DNA of 64,000 nucleotides from positions 1 to 64,000 of the IMG/VR virus record IMGVR_UViG_3300023184_002781; one strand, given 5' to 3'. The notes beneath the pieces are model-generated. The model searched no databases, was not told the origin of the DNA, and was given only the letters and a program-made list of their open reading frames with translations. The translations under genes and the position numbers were made by a program. This document shows, in pieces, positions 37,342-46,281 of the stretch; position 1 is the stretch's first letter; the number at the start of each line of letters is the position of its first letter. The DNA is from a virus.

Positions 37342-39024
37342 TTAATAGAGTGAAAGATTATAATGATATGAAAGTTTCATATCATATGTTGTTTCTTGTT
37401 GTATTCGAAGTTCGTAATATGTACTACCCGAGTTTACATAAGTACTCCATTGGATTACTGCATCCAATGTTCCTTCTAAACTTGTATATTCATCTAAAAT
37501 ATTTGAATTGTCCGGAGTTGTTGCTTTTGACAACGACCATATTAATTTACCTGTTCTATATATATTCTCTGATAAAGAAGATGACCATAAATTATAATAA
37601 ACTATTAATTGTTGTGGTGCTGCAATTAACGGAAATCTTAAAATTCTTGTAAGAATACCCGTGGTGAGAGTTGATGTTTTAACTCCTGATTGTTCAATAA
37701 ATGCCTTACCTTGAATTAATGGAAGATATTTTTGTGATGAACCTATATTTACTTGGTTATATTCTTGCCTATCAAACCAATCATTTTTACTTGTATTTGT
37801 ATCAGATACAAATACGATAACGGGATTGCCTGTAGAACTTGCTCTGCCATTTCCTAAGTTTCCAACATCATAAAATCTATTATTCATACTAATATGATTA
37901 GTGCCAACTACCGATGATGGATTTTCTCCTACATATATTGCCGGACCGGTAATATTTTTGAAATTATTATTAACAATTTTTGCGTATGTAGGACCTATAG
38001 TTGCATCATCATCTTTACCGGGATAATTAAAAACTACTCCATTATTAGAATTATTAAAAATACTATTTTGAATAGTAAGATTTGTTATATCGTGCCTTGA
38101 ACCAACATCATAGTGTAATCCGTCAAACTCACAACTATCAATTAGAACATTGTTAGATGATGCTAATTCTCCACTATATCCTCTAATTAAAATTGCTCCA
38201 TATGTAGTCGTGCTAGCATCGCCTGTTTCATAGTTACCAGCAAACCTAACATTTTTAATAATAGAACGTTCTGCACAATCTAATGCTATGAGTTCTAAAC
38301 AGTTAGTGACATCCGTGGTTGAATCATATTGAATAGTAAGACCCTCAATATGGATGTTATTTGGTTGTGTAATACCGGTGCCTATACCATTATGGTCAAA
38401 TGTTGCTCTATCAAGATAAGCATTGTCTGGATCTGAATCTATAGTTTGAAAAGCATGGCTATCATTAGATATTAGATTGATAATAGTTTTTCCAATTCCT
38501 TCTCCTATGATAGTTGTATATCTAGGAATAAAAATTGGAGTATCTATATTATATATACCAGCAGGGAAATATAATATTTTAGCAGAAGCGGTGCCGTAAT
38601 CATTAACTGTTTTTAATGGGTCTAAGAATAAATTATCTACAGCTACTTGTATCAATGCTGAATCTACGTCATCCCCGCCAACACCCAGAACTCCAAAATC
38701 TTTAACACTAACAAAGTCATCTAATTTTTTATTTACAGGTCTTTCAAATGCAAGTCCGTCAAATGTAGGAGCGGTAATAGCAGGGTCTGTATCTTTACGA
38801 TAAGTATATCCTAGATCTAAACTAGTTATTGCGGTAAAGAGATCATTTTCTGTTAAAATCCTAACGCTAGCATCTCTTGCGCCACCGTCTTCTCTACGCA
38901 GACCAATGTATAAATGTTCGGTGTCCGCCGCCCAGCCAAATTCACCACCAGCAAGGGTAGGAACACCTGTTTGATTTTCTTGTCCTCTTCGGACTTGTAT
39001 TCTTGATATTTCCAGAACAGCCAT
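37342..39024 (-). CDS. Virion protein with Mtd-like N-terminus and pectate-lyase-like beta-helix
   Basis: RIQVRRG...GEFGWA.DT..LYIG; VSVKDFG, LYFPAGIY, IIGEG. Confidence 0.75.
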   Translation of the reverse strand: MAVLEISRIQVRRGQENQTGVPTLAGGEFGWAADTEHLYIGLRREDGGARDASVRILTENDLFTAITSLDLGYTYRKDTDPAITAPTFDGLAFERPVNKKLDDFVSVKDFGVLGVGGDDVDSALIQVAVDNLFLDPLKTVNDYGTASAKILYFPAGIYNIDTPIFIPRYTTIIGEGIGKTIINLISNDSHAFQTIDSDPDNAYLDRATFDHNGIGTGITQPNNIHIEGLTIQYDSTTDVTNCLELIALDCAERSIIKNVRFAGNYETGDASTTTYGAILIRGYSGELASSNNVLIDSCEFDGLHYDVGSRHDITNLTIQNSIFNNSNNGVVFNYPGKDDDATIGPTYAKIVNNNFKNITGPAIYVGENPSSVVGTNHISMNNRFYDVGNLGNGRASSTGNPVIVFVSDTNTSKNDWFDRQEYNQVNIGSSQKYLPLIQGKAFIEQSGVKTSTLTTGILTRILRFPLIAAPQQLIVYYNLWSSSLSENIYRTGKLIWSLSKATTPDNSNILDEYTSLEGTLDAVIQWSTYVNSGSTYYELRIQQETTYDMKLSYHYNLSLY

Positions 39025-39062
39025 TTTAAATACCTCTCTATGAGATATTTATCATAACCGGG

Positions 39063-39764
39063 CTACTTAATTAGGGCGTAGTATTCTTCAACTTTGTTCA
39101 ACCAAGCGTCTTGCCATTTGTTAAAGTCTTTAGGTTCTAATGTAAATTGTTGATATTGTAAATCTCTACTACACATGAATATAACACCCTTACGTATGTT
39201 GGTTTTATATACTTCATTATGTGCTAGTATATAGGCCATTAATTGCAAATAATAATCATCAACCCATTCTAACTTTTTAGGCTTGTTTGTTTGCTTATGG
39301 TCACACACTGCTGGCTCATCTTCATGTATTCCGATTAGGTCTGTAGTACCGCTGTACAGTCCTGGAAAGTAAAGACTTTGTTCCATAGCCCAAACTTCGC
39401 TCATTTTGCTAAGTCCGTTTTCAATAATGATGTCGGCCATTTTGTTAGCCTGTACATGCACTGGATTGCTTCCCGGTTGTCTTTGTTCTCCGATTAAAAA
39501 TCTTTCTAAATTGGCGTGCATTGCAGTACCAACCCCTGCTGCTTCGGAAGTGATTTGTTGTGCTTTGTCATGCCCTACCCGATCTCGCCATTGATTCAAA
39601 TGGGTCATATCTTTAGTAGCGCCTAAGATAGTAGTTACACTAGGCAACTTTTCACCATCTGGTGTTCGATACACTCTTTTACGAGTTACTGGATCATTAA
39701 TCTGAACACAATTTTTGTATTGGAAACGTTCAACGAACGCAGGAGGGGTATAGGTTGTTGTCAT
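39063..39764 (-). CDS. PD-(D/E)xK exonuclease
   Basis: PSVTTIL, GTAMH, GTTD, DHKQT and QLMAY motifs. Confidence 0.88.
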   Translation of the reverse strand: MTTTYTPPAFVERFQYKNCVQINDPVTRKRVYRTPDGEKLPSVTTILGATKDMTHLNQWRDRVGHDKAQQITSEAAGVGTAMHANLERFLIGEQRQPGSNPVHVQANKMADIIIENGLSKMSEVWAMEQSLYFPGLYSGTTDLIGIHEDEPAVCDHKQTNKPKKLEWVDDYYLQLMAYILAHNEVYKTNIRKGVIFMCSRDLQYQQFTLEPKDFNKWQDAWLNKVEEYYALIK

Positions 39765-39773
39765 ATAGTGTTA

Positions 39774-39802
39774 ATTATAACACTACGTGATCAGTATAGC
39801 AA
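39774..39802 (-). promoter_or_regulatory. Sigma70 promoter with palindrome over the -10 box
   Basis: TTGCTA-17-TATAAT; TAGTGTTA-taat-TAACACTA. Confidence 0.65.
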
Positions 39803-40144
39803 CTATTTGGTTACAGTTTTGGCGTTTTTAGATGCCATGGCATCTACTGCTGGACTTGTACCAGCATCTGGTTGTGCTTGGTCTTGATTTGGATTAACTG
39901 CATCAGTTTTAAGTAACACAGTACCATCATCAAGTACATCAGCAATAATATCACCTGCTGGATCAACTGCATTTTTAAGTGCTATTAATCCATCAGGTGT
40001 GCTTATTCCTAATCCAAATGGTCTTAGTATATTCATTACTACAGGAAAAGGCAAAGAGGACGGTTGATCTGCTCTGTTTGCCTGTCCCTGTAATACAGCT
40101 AGAACATCTCTAGCTGATCCTAAATCAACTTCAACCAATCTCAT
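39803..40144 (-). CDS. Late hypothetical protein (MRLVE start)
   Basis: 113 aa. Confidence 0.7.
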   Translation of the reverse strand: MRLVEVDLGSARDVLAVLQGQANRADQPSSLPFPVVMNILRPFGLGISTPDGLIALKNAVDPAGDIIADVLDDGTVLLKTDAVNPNQDQAQPDAGTSPAVDAMASKNAKTVTK

Positions 40145-41452
40145 TTACTTTGACAATGAAGCCATAATGTTATGTGATTCGGCCAATTTGCGAGCAAACT
40201 TGCTTTCACGCATTTCACGGCCGGTTGTTCCCATACCTGCTGCTGCATCTGCTGCACCAAATTCATCACCGCCTGGTGCTGGATTCATTGCATCAGGTGC
40301 ACCGATATCCATGCCTGGTTCTGGAGGCATTTCTGGTTCCATACCCATTGCTGCATCTGGAGTAGCTTCTCCTGCTAGTGCTGCAACTGCTCCACTTACT
40401 GCTTCACGTTGTTGAGTCAATGTCTCGAGTGTAGCAGATAGTGCTGGGCCAACTGATGCCTTGAATGCTTCTGCTTCTTGCGCTCCAAAGTCTGCTTTGA
40501 TTGCATCTGCTAATTCAATCATTGTTTTAGTTTGATATTGACCAACACGTTGCATCCAACTTGTAAAGTCATTGACCATATCACCTGCGGCAGTAATGGC
40601 CTTAGCTTTACCTTCTTCATCTTCTGCTAATAGATAGCCTAAACTTTCATTAACAAATTGAACGTTATGTTTGAATGTATTAAAAGATTCTTTAACTTTC
40701 TTTTTGTTACCAAACGGATTTTTCTTTTTGTCAGCAACTGCTTTCTTCATTGGCTCTTTTTTATTGCCATCTTTGTCCATGTCTAAGAAATCTGGCTTAG
40801 CTTCATACATGCCGCTGCACTCTTTGCAATCACATCCCTTAGGATGCTTGCCAGCTTCACCGAGTGGCTTCTTATCTTTTTTAGCAGGCATTGTCTTTGC
40901 TGGACGACGAGCGTCTTCCGGTGGCTTCTTATAATCAGATTGATTACCATATGAACTGCCTTTAACTGTTCTACTTGGTAGATCAGCCATCTTAACTTCT
41001 TGCATGTTGCCTGCCTTCTTAGCAGCCTTCATACGGCTACCCATAACTTCGGCTTTGCCTGTTTCAACTTTGCCGTCGCCGTCATAGTCTTTGTCAGCCA
41101 TAGCGCCTTTGGCTTTTTTAGTATGTTTAACATCACGAACACCTTTTTTGGCTTCGCTTAGTTGGTCCATTTTGTCACGTAGTTTTTTGATGTCTTCGCC
41201 TAGCATTTCTTTAATCCTTGTGTTTAGCAAGTCCAACATGGCCTTGTCTTTTTGATATGTTTCGTTGGTTAGCAAATCATTAATACCTGCTGAACCTTCT
41301 TGTTGGAAAACTCGGGTACGTAATTTATTACGCATATCTTCTAGCTGTTCTCTAGAATAATTCTCTAACTTAACACGAACGCCAAACATTTTATTCATGT
41401 TTTCGTTTAGTTTTTTGCTTGTTAGCGGAGTTGTAAAGTCACTTGTTTTCAT
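40145..41452 (-). CDS. Probable prohead core/scaffold-like protein
   Basis: Charged; many LxE sites; DxDxDG loops (DYDGDG, DMDKDG); TAAATA upstream. Confidence 0.5.
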   Translation of the reverse strand: MKTSDFTTPLTSKKLNENMNKMFGVRVKLENYSREQLEDMRNKLRTRVFQQEGSAGINDLLTNETYQKDKAMLDLLNTRIKEMLGEDIKKLRDKMDQLSEAKKGVRDVKHTKKAKGAMADKDYDGDGKVETGKAEVMGSRMKAAKKAGNMQEVKMADLPSRTVKGSSYGNQSDYKKPPEDARRPAKTMPAKKDKKPLGEAGKHPKGCDCKECSGMYEAKPDFLDMDKDGNKKEPMKKAVADKKKNPFGNKKKVKESFNTFKHNVQFVNESLGYLLAEDEEGKAKAITAAGDMVNDFTSWMQRVGQYQTKTMIELADAIKADFGAQEAEAFKASVGPALSATLETLTQQREAVSGAVAALAGEATPDAAMGMEPEMPPEPGMDIGAPDAMNPAPGGDEFGAADAAAGMGTTGREMRESKFARKLAESHNIMASLSK

Positions 41453-41482
41453 AGTTAATCCCAGAAAGATTGATAGTATTAT

Positions 41483-41953
41483 TTAGTTAAATTGCATAAG
41501 TTTATTAAAACTTCTCATCACCGTTTTTAGATGTTCTTCTTTTTTATACCTATCTATTTTTGCTTTGGTATACATAACATCTGCCCTATCTATCATTTTA
41601 GTTTTGATATTTTTCTCTGCTAATTTGGTATGTAGTTCTTCATCAAACAATGAATATCCATAGCCTGTATCAGCATCGACAATTTCATCATCTATGTATT
41701 TGCCTAATGCTAATCTATTGGCCAGTACTGCTGCTGTTTGTGGGAGATTAATTTTGTCCAGGATTACTTCTTTTTCGAAGTCTAAAATGCAATAAAACCC
41801 ATCGTTTTTACGTTTAATTGCGTAGTTTCCTACATTAATTGTGCCATCTTTACTTCTAACTGGTACAACTATACCTTGCTGTAGTAATTTTGATTTAGCA
41901 TCTTTGCTGAGTTTTTCTATTGTTGAATAGACATTGTTAGGTAGTTGTTTCAT
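41483..41953 (-). CDS. Hypothetical protein
   Basis: 156-aa ORF. Confidence 0.7.
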   Translation of the reverse strand: MKQLPNNVYSTIEKLSKDAKSKLLQQGIVVPVRSKDGTINVGNYAIKRKNDGFYCILDFEKEVILDKINLPQTAAVLANRLALGKYIDDEIVDADTGYGYSLFDEELHTKLAEKNIKTKMIDRADVMYTKAKIDRYKKEEHLKTVMRSFNKLMQFN

Positions 41954-42146
41954 CTATTTGTTTTACTATTGTTCGACTATCTTTACTTATCGAGTAAATT
42001 CCCTTGCGGACAAGGTTCTGAGCAAGCCATTGATCATGCTCGTCTAAACTAGTAATAGATACACTATCCTTATGCGTATCAACAAAGGATAGTTCTTCAT
42101 TGGTGAGAACTATGTGCATACCTGATAATAACTGACCTATTTTCAT
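41937..42146 (-). CDS. Small hypothetical protein, possible winged-helix fragment
   Basis: LTNEE...AQNLVRKGI. Confidence 0.6.
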   Translation of the reverse strand: MKIGQLLSGMHIVLTNEELSFVDTHKDSVSITSLDEHDQWLAQNLVRKGIYSISKDSRTIVKQIDETTT

Positions 42147-42493
42147 ACTTTTGGTGGTTGCTGCATTTGTTGCTGCATCTGTTGTTGTTTTTGTTTTAGA
42201 CCTAGAATCTGTGCAGCAATTTTATCAAGGTCGGTCATTGTATCTTGCATACCTTGTTGCATTGCAGGAGGTTGTCCCATTGGTTGCCCAGCAGGTTGTT
42301 GATTACCTAATGTAGGAGCAGGTTGTCCCGCTTGTGGAATTTGTCCAGGCGGTGCAGGAGGAGGTGTTTGTCCAGGTGGAGTTGGAGGAGGTGTTTGTCC
42401 AGGTGGAGTTGATTTTGGTAATCCATTCGGACTAACTGGATCAGTTGTAGATCCTATAGGCGCTACGGCTTCGACTAATTCTGATATACGCAT
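42143..42493 (-). CDS. Pro/Gln-rich late protein (MRISELVE start)
   Basis: PPGQTPPP repeats and poly-Q tail. Confidence 0.7.
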   Translation of the reverse strand: MRISELVEAVAPIGSTTDPVSPNGLPKSTPPGQTPPPTPPGQTPPPAPPGQIPQAGQPAPTLGNQQPAGQPMGQPPAMQQGMQDTMTDLDKIAAQILGLKQKQQQMQQQMQQPPKV

Positions 42494-42494
42494 A

Positions 42495-42815
42495 TTATTT
42501 TAAAATGCCTAATAATGTTTCAGCATGTCCTGTAATCCATCCTGCTGCTGCTAGAGCGCCTGCACCAAGATAAACCCATTTTGTTTTAAATTGCTCAAGG
42601 GCTTTGATCTTGCCTGCTAATTCACCATGTTGATCGACATTAGCCTTATGCATTACAGCAAGTTGATCCATGATGCTATCACGTGTCTTGTCTAGACAAT
42701 CATGCATTTCCTTGACATCTACTTTGAGATCGTCAATCTTTTCTTCAATGTTATCGACTTTTGTTTCTAATACGCTAACACGTTCGGGAACGGTAGCAAG
42801 TGCTTCACGGGCCAT
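42495..42815 (-). CDS. Coiled-coil protein with C-terminal TM (XhlA/holin-like architecture)
   Basis: AAGGAG SD before MAREAL; TM WVYLGAGALAAAGWI. Confidence 0.55.
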   Translation of the reverse strand: MAREALATVPERVSVLETKVDNIEEKIDDLKVDVKEMHDCLDKTRDSIMDQLAVMHKANVDQHGELAGKIKALEQFKTKWVYLGAGALAAAGWITGHAETLLGILK

Positions 42816-42858
42816 CTCTGGTCTCTCCTTTAGGGTGTACAAATTTCCGACTTATTGC

Positions 42859-43284
42859 CTAAATTGTGCCTTTGATTGCCTTGATGATGGTATTCTTGGA
42901 AGACGCATCTATTAGTTCGAAAATGGCCTTCTCGATATTTATCGTTTCGGATAACTTTTTAATTACCGGAACACCTTCAATATCACCATATAACGATCCC
43001 ACAGGATTGATACCATCTGAATATACATCTGTACGATCTGGATTAAATCTAAATGTCCATACAGCATGTTTACCTTTGTACTTAGAGCCAAACCCTAAAT
43101 CTTTAATATCCACTACTTGCATCTCAGGTGAAAAATCATAGGAGATGATTGATCTAATTTCAATACATTGTTTTAATGTAACAAAATTTCTATATTGTTC
43201 TAGTTCTAATTGTGTTCCCTGATTAGGTCTTGCAACCTTGGTATCAGTGATATCGATTAAAGTTTGTATTTCTATTGTTTGCAT
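42859..43284 (-). CDS. Late hypothetical protein
   Basis: TLIDITDT; TAAATA upstream. Confidence 0.75.
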   Translation of the reverse strand: MQTIEIQTLIDITDTKVARPNQGTQLELEQYRNFVTLKQCIEIRSIISYDFSPEMQVVDIKDLGFGSKYKGKHAVWTFRFNPDRTDVYSDGINPVGSLYGDIEGVPVIKKLSETINIEKAIFELIDASSKNTIIKAIKGTI

Positions 43285-43313
43285 AATATACCTATATAAT
43301 ATATTTATGTCGT

Positions 43314-43342
43314 AAAAAAAGGCTCTTCAAAAGAACCTTTTC
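43314..43342 (-). terminator. Terminator
   Basis: AAAAGGTTCTT-tt-GAAGAGCC followed by TTTTTTT. Confidence 0.65.
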
Positions 43343-43356
43343 ATTATCTAATTAAA

Positions 43357-43773
43357 TTAGAGAGCAACACCACGTACATCTGCTGCCACCGTTGTAAGAG
43401 TATTAGAATACCCTTGTAACGCACCTGTGCTAGTAGCAATTGCAACAATAGCCTGTTGGCATGCTAGTGGGAATGTTTCGGTGCTGTTATCACCATCGTA
43501 GTCTGCTGTACCAAATGCACCACCTAATGCTGCTACGGCAATACTCAGGGTTGTAGTAGTAGCATATCTTGGCGTACCGATAATTTCAATACTGGCTAGT
43601 TGAGCAATAGCATCTAATGCTTGTACCACTGGGCTTTGTACTCCACTTACTCTATCTAATTTTGATGTTAAATCTACGTTTGGAAATGAAATAGTTAAAA
43701 ATTGTAGTGTTACACCATTCTTATATGCCGGTGCAACTAACTTCTCGTGTGTTTTTGTTATTCCTGTTGGCAT
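43357..43773 (-). CDS. Probable small virion structural protein
   Basis: Ala/Thr-rich; own TAAATA, strong SD and terminator. Confidence 0.55.
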   Translation of the reverse strand: MPTGITKTHEKLVAPAYKNGVTLQFLTISFPNVDLTSKLDRVSGVQSPVVQALDAIAQLASIEIIGTPRYATTTTLSIAVAALGGAFGTADYDGDNSTETFPLACQQAIVAIATSTGALQGYSNTLTTVAADVRGVAL

Positions 43774-43815
43774 TTTGGAATCTCCTTAATAATGTATTTA
43801 TTGATGTTGATCAAG

Positions 43816-43843
43816 AAAAAAGGGAGTTAGAACTCCCTTTTTT
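43816..43843. terminator. Bidirectional terminator
   Basis: AAAAAAGGGAGT-taga-ACTCCCTTTTTT. Confidence 0.8.
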
Positions 43844-43861
43844 CATAGTACCTAATTAATA

Positions 43862-44260
43862 TTAAGCTAGTGTGAATCCACCAGTTGGTGTTAAAGCACG
43901 GTTAGCTGCGTTTGTAGTAACAGTGTATGTACCGGCTCCAACAGCATCAACTAATGCATCATGCAATGCACCATATGCTCCAGTAGTAGTTGCACCAGCA
44001 CCCTTGTTGAATGTTGGCTCGTCTACCATGAAACAGATGTTGTTGTTAGTTTGTGAGCTAAGCCATAGTACGCTGCCTAATGCCTGTACTGCCTTAACTG
44101 CTTTAGAATAACCGCCTTCTGTAATTGCACCAGTAGTGCCGCTAACTGAGTCAGCTGTGAATGCTGCTGATTCAGCAATTTGAATAACCAATGGTTGATA
44201 ACCGCTGAAAAAAGATCCAGCTGCTACCTGTCCGTGTACTTTTAATGCTCTTGTTGCCAT
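43862..44260 (-). CDS. Probable small virion structural protein, likely paralogue of 43357-43773
   Basis: Ala/Gly/Thr-rich; own TAAATA, AGGAG SD and terminator. Confidence 0.55.
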   Translation of the reverse strand: MATRALKVHGQVAAGSFFSGYQPLVIQIAESAAFTADSVSGTTGAITEGGYSKAVKAVQALGSVLWLSSQTNNNICFMVDEPTFNKGAGATTTGAYGALHDALVDAVGAGTYTVTTNAANRALTPTGGFTLA

Positions 44261-44353
44261 TTTAAAATCTCCTAATCTGTTTTTTAAGTTTCCCCATGAA
44301 ACTTTGTATGTTTTTATTTATCTCAATTAGAAAAAAATTAACCAAATGGCTAA

Positions 44354-44653
44354 TTAATCGTCGTTTTTGACATCGCCTTCAACAATTTTTAAATGTTTTG
44401 CTGTTTCTTTGTTATCACGTAGCTTACGTATGCCACGGGTAAATTTGTTTGGATCTGCTGCTTTGATGCTATTAATTAATCTACGTTCAAGTTCATACGC
44501 ATCTTCTGTAGAGAAGTTTTCTTTAATAAGTGCTAATAGATTGATTGCACTATCAATAACATGTGTAGCCCTGGCTTCAATTATGGCTTCGCTGTTTTTC
44601 TTTTCCGATATAGAATTGAGTTCTTCTAATAGGCTTCGTGTTGCTCTTTTCAA
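44354..44653 (-). CDS. Hypothetical phage protein
   Basis: TRSLLEEL...ELERRLINSIK; TTG start with AAGGA SD. Confidence 0.75.
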   Translation of the reverse strand: MKRATRSLLEELNSISEKKNSEAIIEARATHVIDSAINLLALIKENFSTEDAYELERRLINSIKAADPNKFTRGIRKLRDNKETAKHLKIVEGDVKNDD

Positions 44654-44723
44654 GATGTTATCCTTGTTATCTGATATTTAGTAGATTATAGCACATACCT
44701 TTGGAGAAATAAAGTCTTATAAA

Positions 44724-44740
44724 ATGTTGCATTGCAGCAT
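44724..44740. promoter_or_regulatory. PhaR-like palindromic operator
   Basis: ATGTTGCA-T-TGCAGCAT (TGC-N3-GCA core) upstream of the plus-strand phasin island. Confidence 0.55.
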
Positions 44741-44813
44741 CTTTCATATTATAATTGATAAATACTCAGTAGAAACACTGAGTCTCTACAATATTTTAAC
44801 AACAGGAGAAAAT

Positions 44814-44987
44814 ATGTTAAACCAACTAGCTGAATACTTCCATAAGATGTTTCAGAATTTTAGTGAGCCACAAACTTACAGTTCCGCATTAGAGGAATAT
44901 ATTGTTAGACATGCACCACAAGATACTTGTGATGTAGATCGTCTAACTCGTCAATTTGAAATAAATCAATCACGTAGGGGATGGTAA
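44814..44987 (+). CDS. Small protein, DUF3563-like
   Basis: LEEYIVRHAPQDTCDVDRLTRQFE; AGGAG SD. Confidence 0.55.
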   Translation: MLNQLAEYFHKMFQNFSEPQTYSSALEEYIVRHAPQDTCDVDRLTRQFEINQSRRGW

Positions 44988-44989
44988 TC

Positions 44990-45124
44990 ATGAAAATATT
45001 AAAAGCAATCTACAATTTTTTAGGTGAGATGGGTCGTGCCCATGCTGCTTCAAATTTAGCACGTAGTGGTGATCATAAAGGTGCTCAAAGAATCATGATG
45101 ACAGAATTTAAAGGCTGGATTTAA
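44990..45124 (+). CDS. Small amphipathic protein (44 aa)
   Basis: Manual: MKILKAIYNFLGEMGRAHAASNLARSGDHKGAQRIMMTEFKGWI. Confidence 0.7.
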   Translation: MKILKAIYNFLGEMGRAHAASNLARSGDHKGAQRIMMTEFKGWI

Positions 45125-45197
45125 TTGCTCATATAAATTGCAATATAAATAACAATGCAGTACAATTACTGCTAGACACATACACAAGGAAATAAAA

Positions 45198-45479
45198 ATG
45201 TTTAATAAAATGTTCGCACCATATCTAACACTTGACGCACATATCGAAGCGTTCCAAGAAACCAAGCGAGGCCTAACAGATAAGATCATTACCGATCCTA
45301 CACTGAACAAGGCAGCACACGAATACATCGATGCTCAGACTGAGTTTGCTAAAATGTTAGCACACAACTTTACTGAACTCGCAAAATATTCCATGGATTC
45401 AATCTCTGACAAGTTGTTTCCTAAGAATGAAGAAGTAGCCGAGGCTAAGGCTACACGTAGCAAGAAGGCTACTGCCTAA
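45198..45479 (+). CDS. Phasin-like helical protein
   Basis: Amphipathic helices (IEAFQETK...YIDAQTEFAKML) and Ala/Lys tail. Confidence 0.55.
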   Translation: MFNKMFAPYLTLDAHIEAFQETKRGLTDKIITDPTLNKAAHEYIDAQTEFAKMLAHNFTELAKYSMDSISDKLFPKNEEVAEAKATRSKKATA

Positions 45480-45504
45480 GACATACACACACAAGGAGAA
45501 AATT

Positions 45505-45792
45505 ATGTCAAACGCAAAAGATTGGGCACCAAAGGTTCCTGAAGTTAAATTCAATAAAAACGGTTACGAAATCCGTACAGACATTCTCGGAATGGCTAAA
45601 AGCCTAGTACAAGACGATTTTCATGCTAAATTCCAAGGCTGGGAAATGACTGCTACTCGTGATGAGAAGACTGGTCAAATCGTTAGTACAGTAGCAATGC
45701 CAACTTTTCCAGGACTAGATAAAGTTCTAGAGACAGCTGAAAAAATGTATTCATTTGTTAATGCTGGTAGTACTACTGCATCTAAAAAATAA
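45505..45792 (+). CDS. Hypothetical protein
   Basis: NKNGYEIRTDILGMAK...AEKMYSFV; strong SD. Confidence 0.75.
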   Translation: MSNAKDWAPKVPEVKFNKNGYEIRTDILGMAKSLVQDDFHAKFQGWEMTATRDEKTGQIVSTVAMPTFPGLDKVLETAEKMYSFVNAGSTTASKK

Positions 45793-45820
45793 TATAATAA
45801 AAATATATAGGACGTAGTCC

Positions 45821-45851
45821 AGAAGCCCCGGCATTAGCTCGGGGCTTTTTT
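45821..45851 (+). terminator. Terminator of the plus-strand island
   Basis: AAGCCCCG...CGGGGCTTTTTT. Confidence 0.8.
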
Positions 45852-45859
45852 ACGATTCT

Positions 45860-46264
45860 TTAGATTGGCTGGCTGCGTAAGAATTGCGGGTGTTGCTTAT
45901 TGAAGTGACGCATAATAACACCGGCAATCTCGTGTGCTTGATTTTCTTCAGGTGATCCTGTTTCACCACTATTGTTATTAAGTTGATTACTTATATCTTG
46001 TTTAAAATGAACCAATTCGTGTGCTACTGTACGTAAAATATCTACAGGATGACGATTAAGAATAGCAACATGCAGAGTTTTTTCATCATTGACGTACATA
46101 CCAAAACTTGGTTGTCCGCCTGAATCTATTTCAGATTCAAAATTCATCTTAGGAAGTCTATCTATCTCTAAGATTTCCATAGCCAAGGGAAGAAACTTTT
46201 TAAACATATCAACGAATGTTTCTTTAGATTCTCTGCCTTCAACTAATAACTCGATAATTTGCAT
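45860..46264 (-). CDS. HExxH zinc metallopeptidase-like late protein
   Basis: TVAHELVH...EENQA; N-terminus MQIIELLVE; TAAATA 4 nt upstream. Confidence 0.7.
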   Translation of the reverse strand: MQIIELLVEGRESKETFVDMFKKFLPLAMEILEIDRLPKMNFESEIDSGGQPSFGMYVNDEKTLHVAILNRHPVDILRTVAHELVHFKQDISNQLNNNSGETGSPEENQAHEIAGVIMRHFNKQHPQFLRSQPI

Positions 46265-46281
46265 ACTGTATTTAGTTTTAC

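Noticed and set aside
37342-39024. Diversity-generating retroelement, suggested by the Mtd-like N-terminus
   Set aside because: No reverse transcriptase or TR/VR repeat pair is visible in the window.
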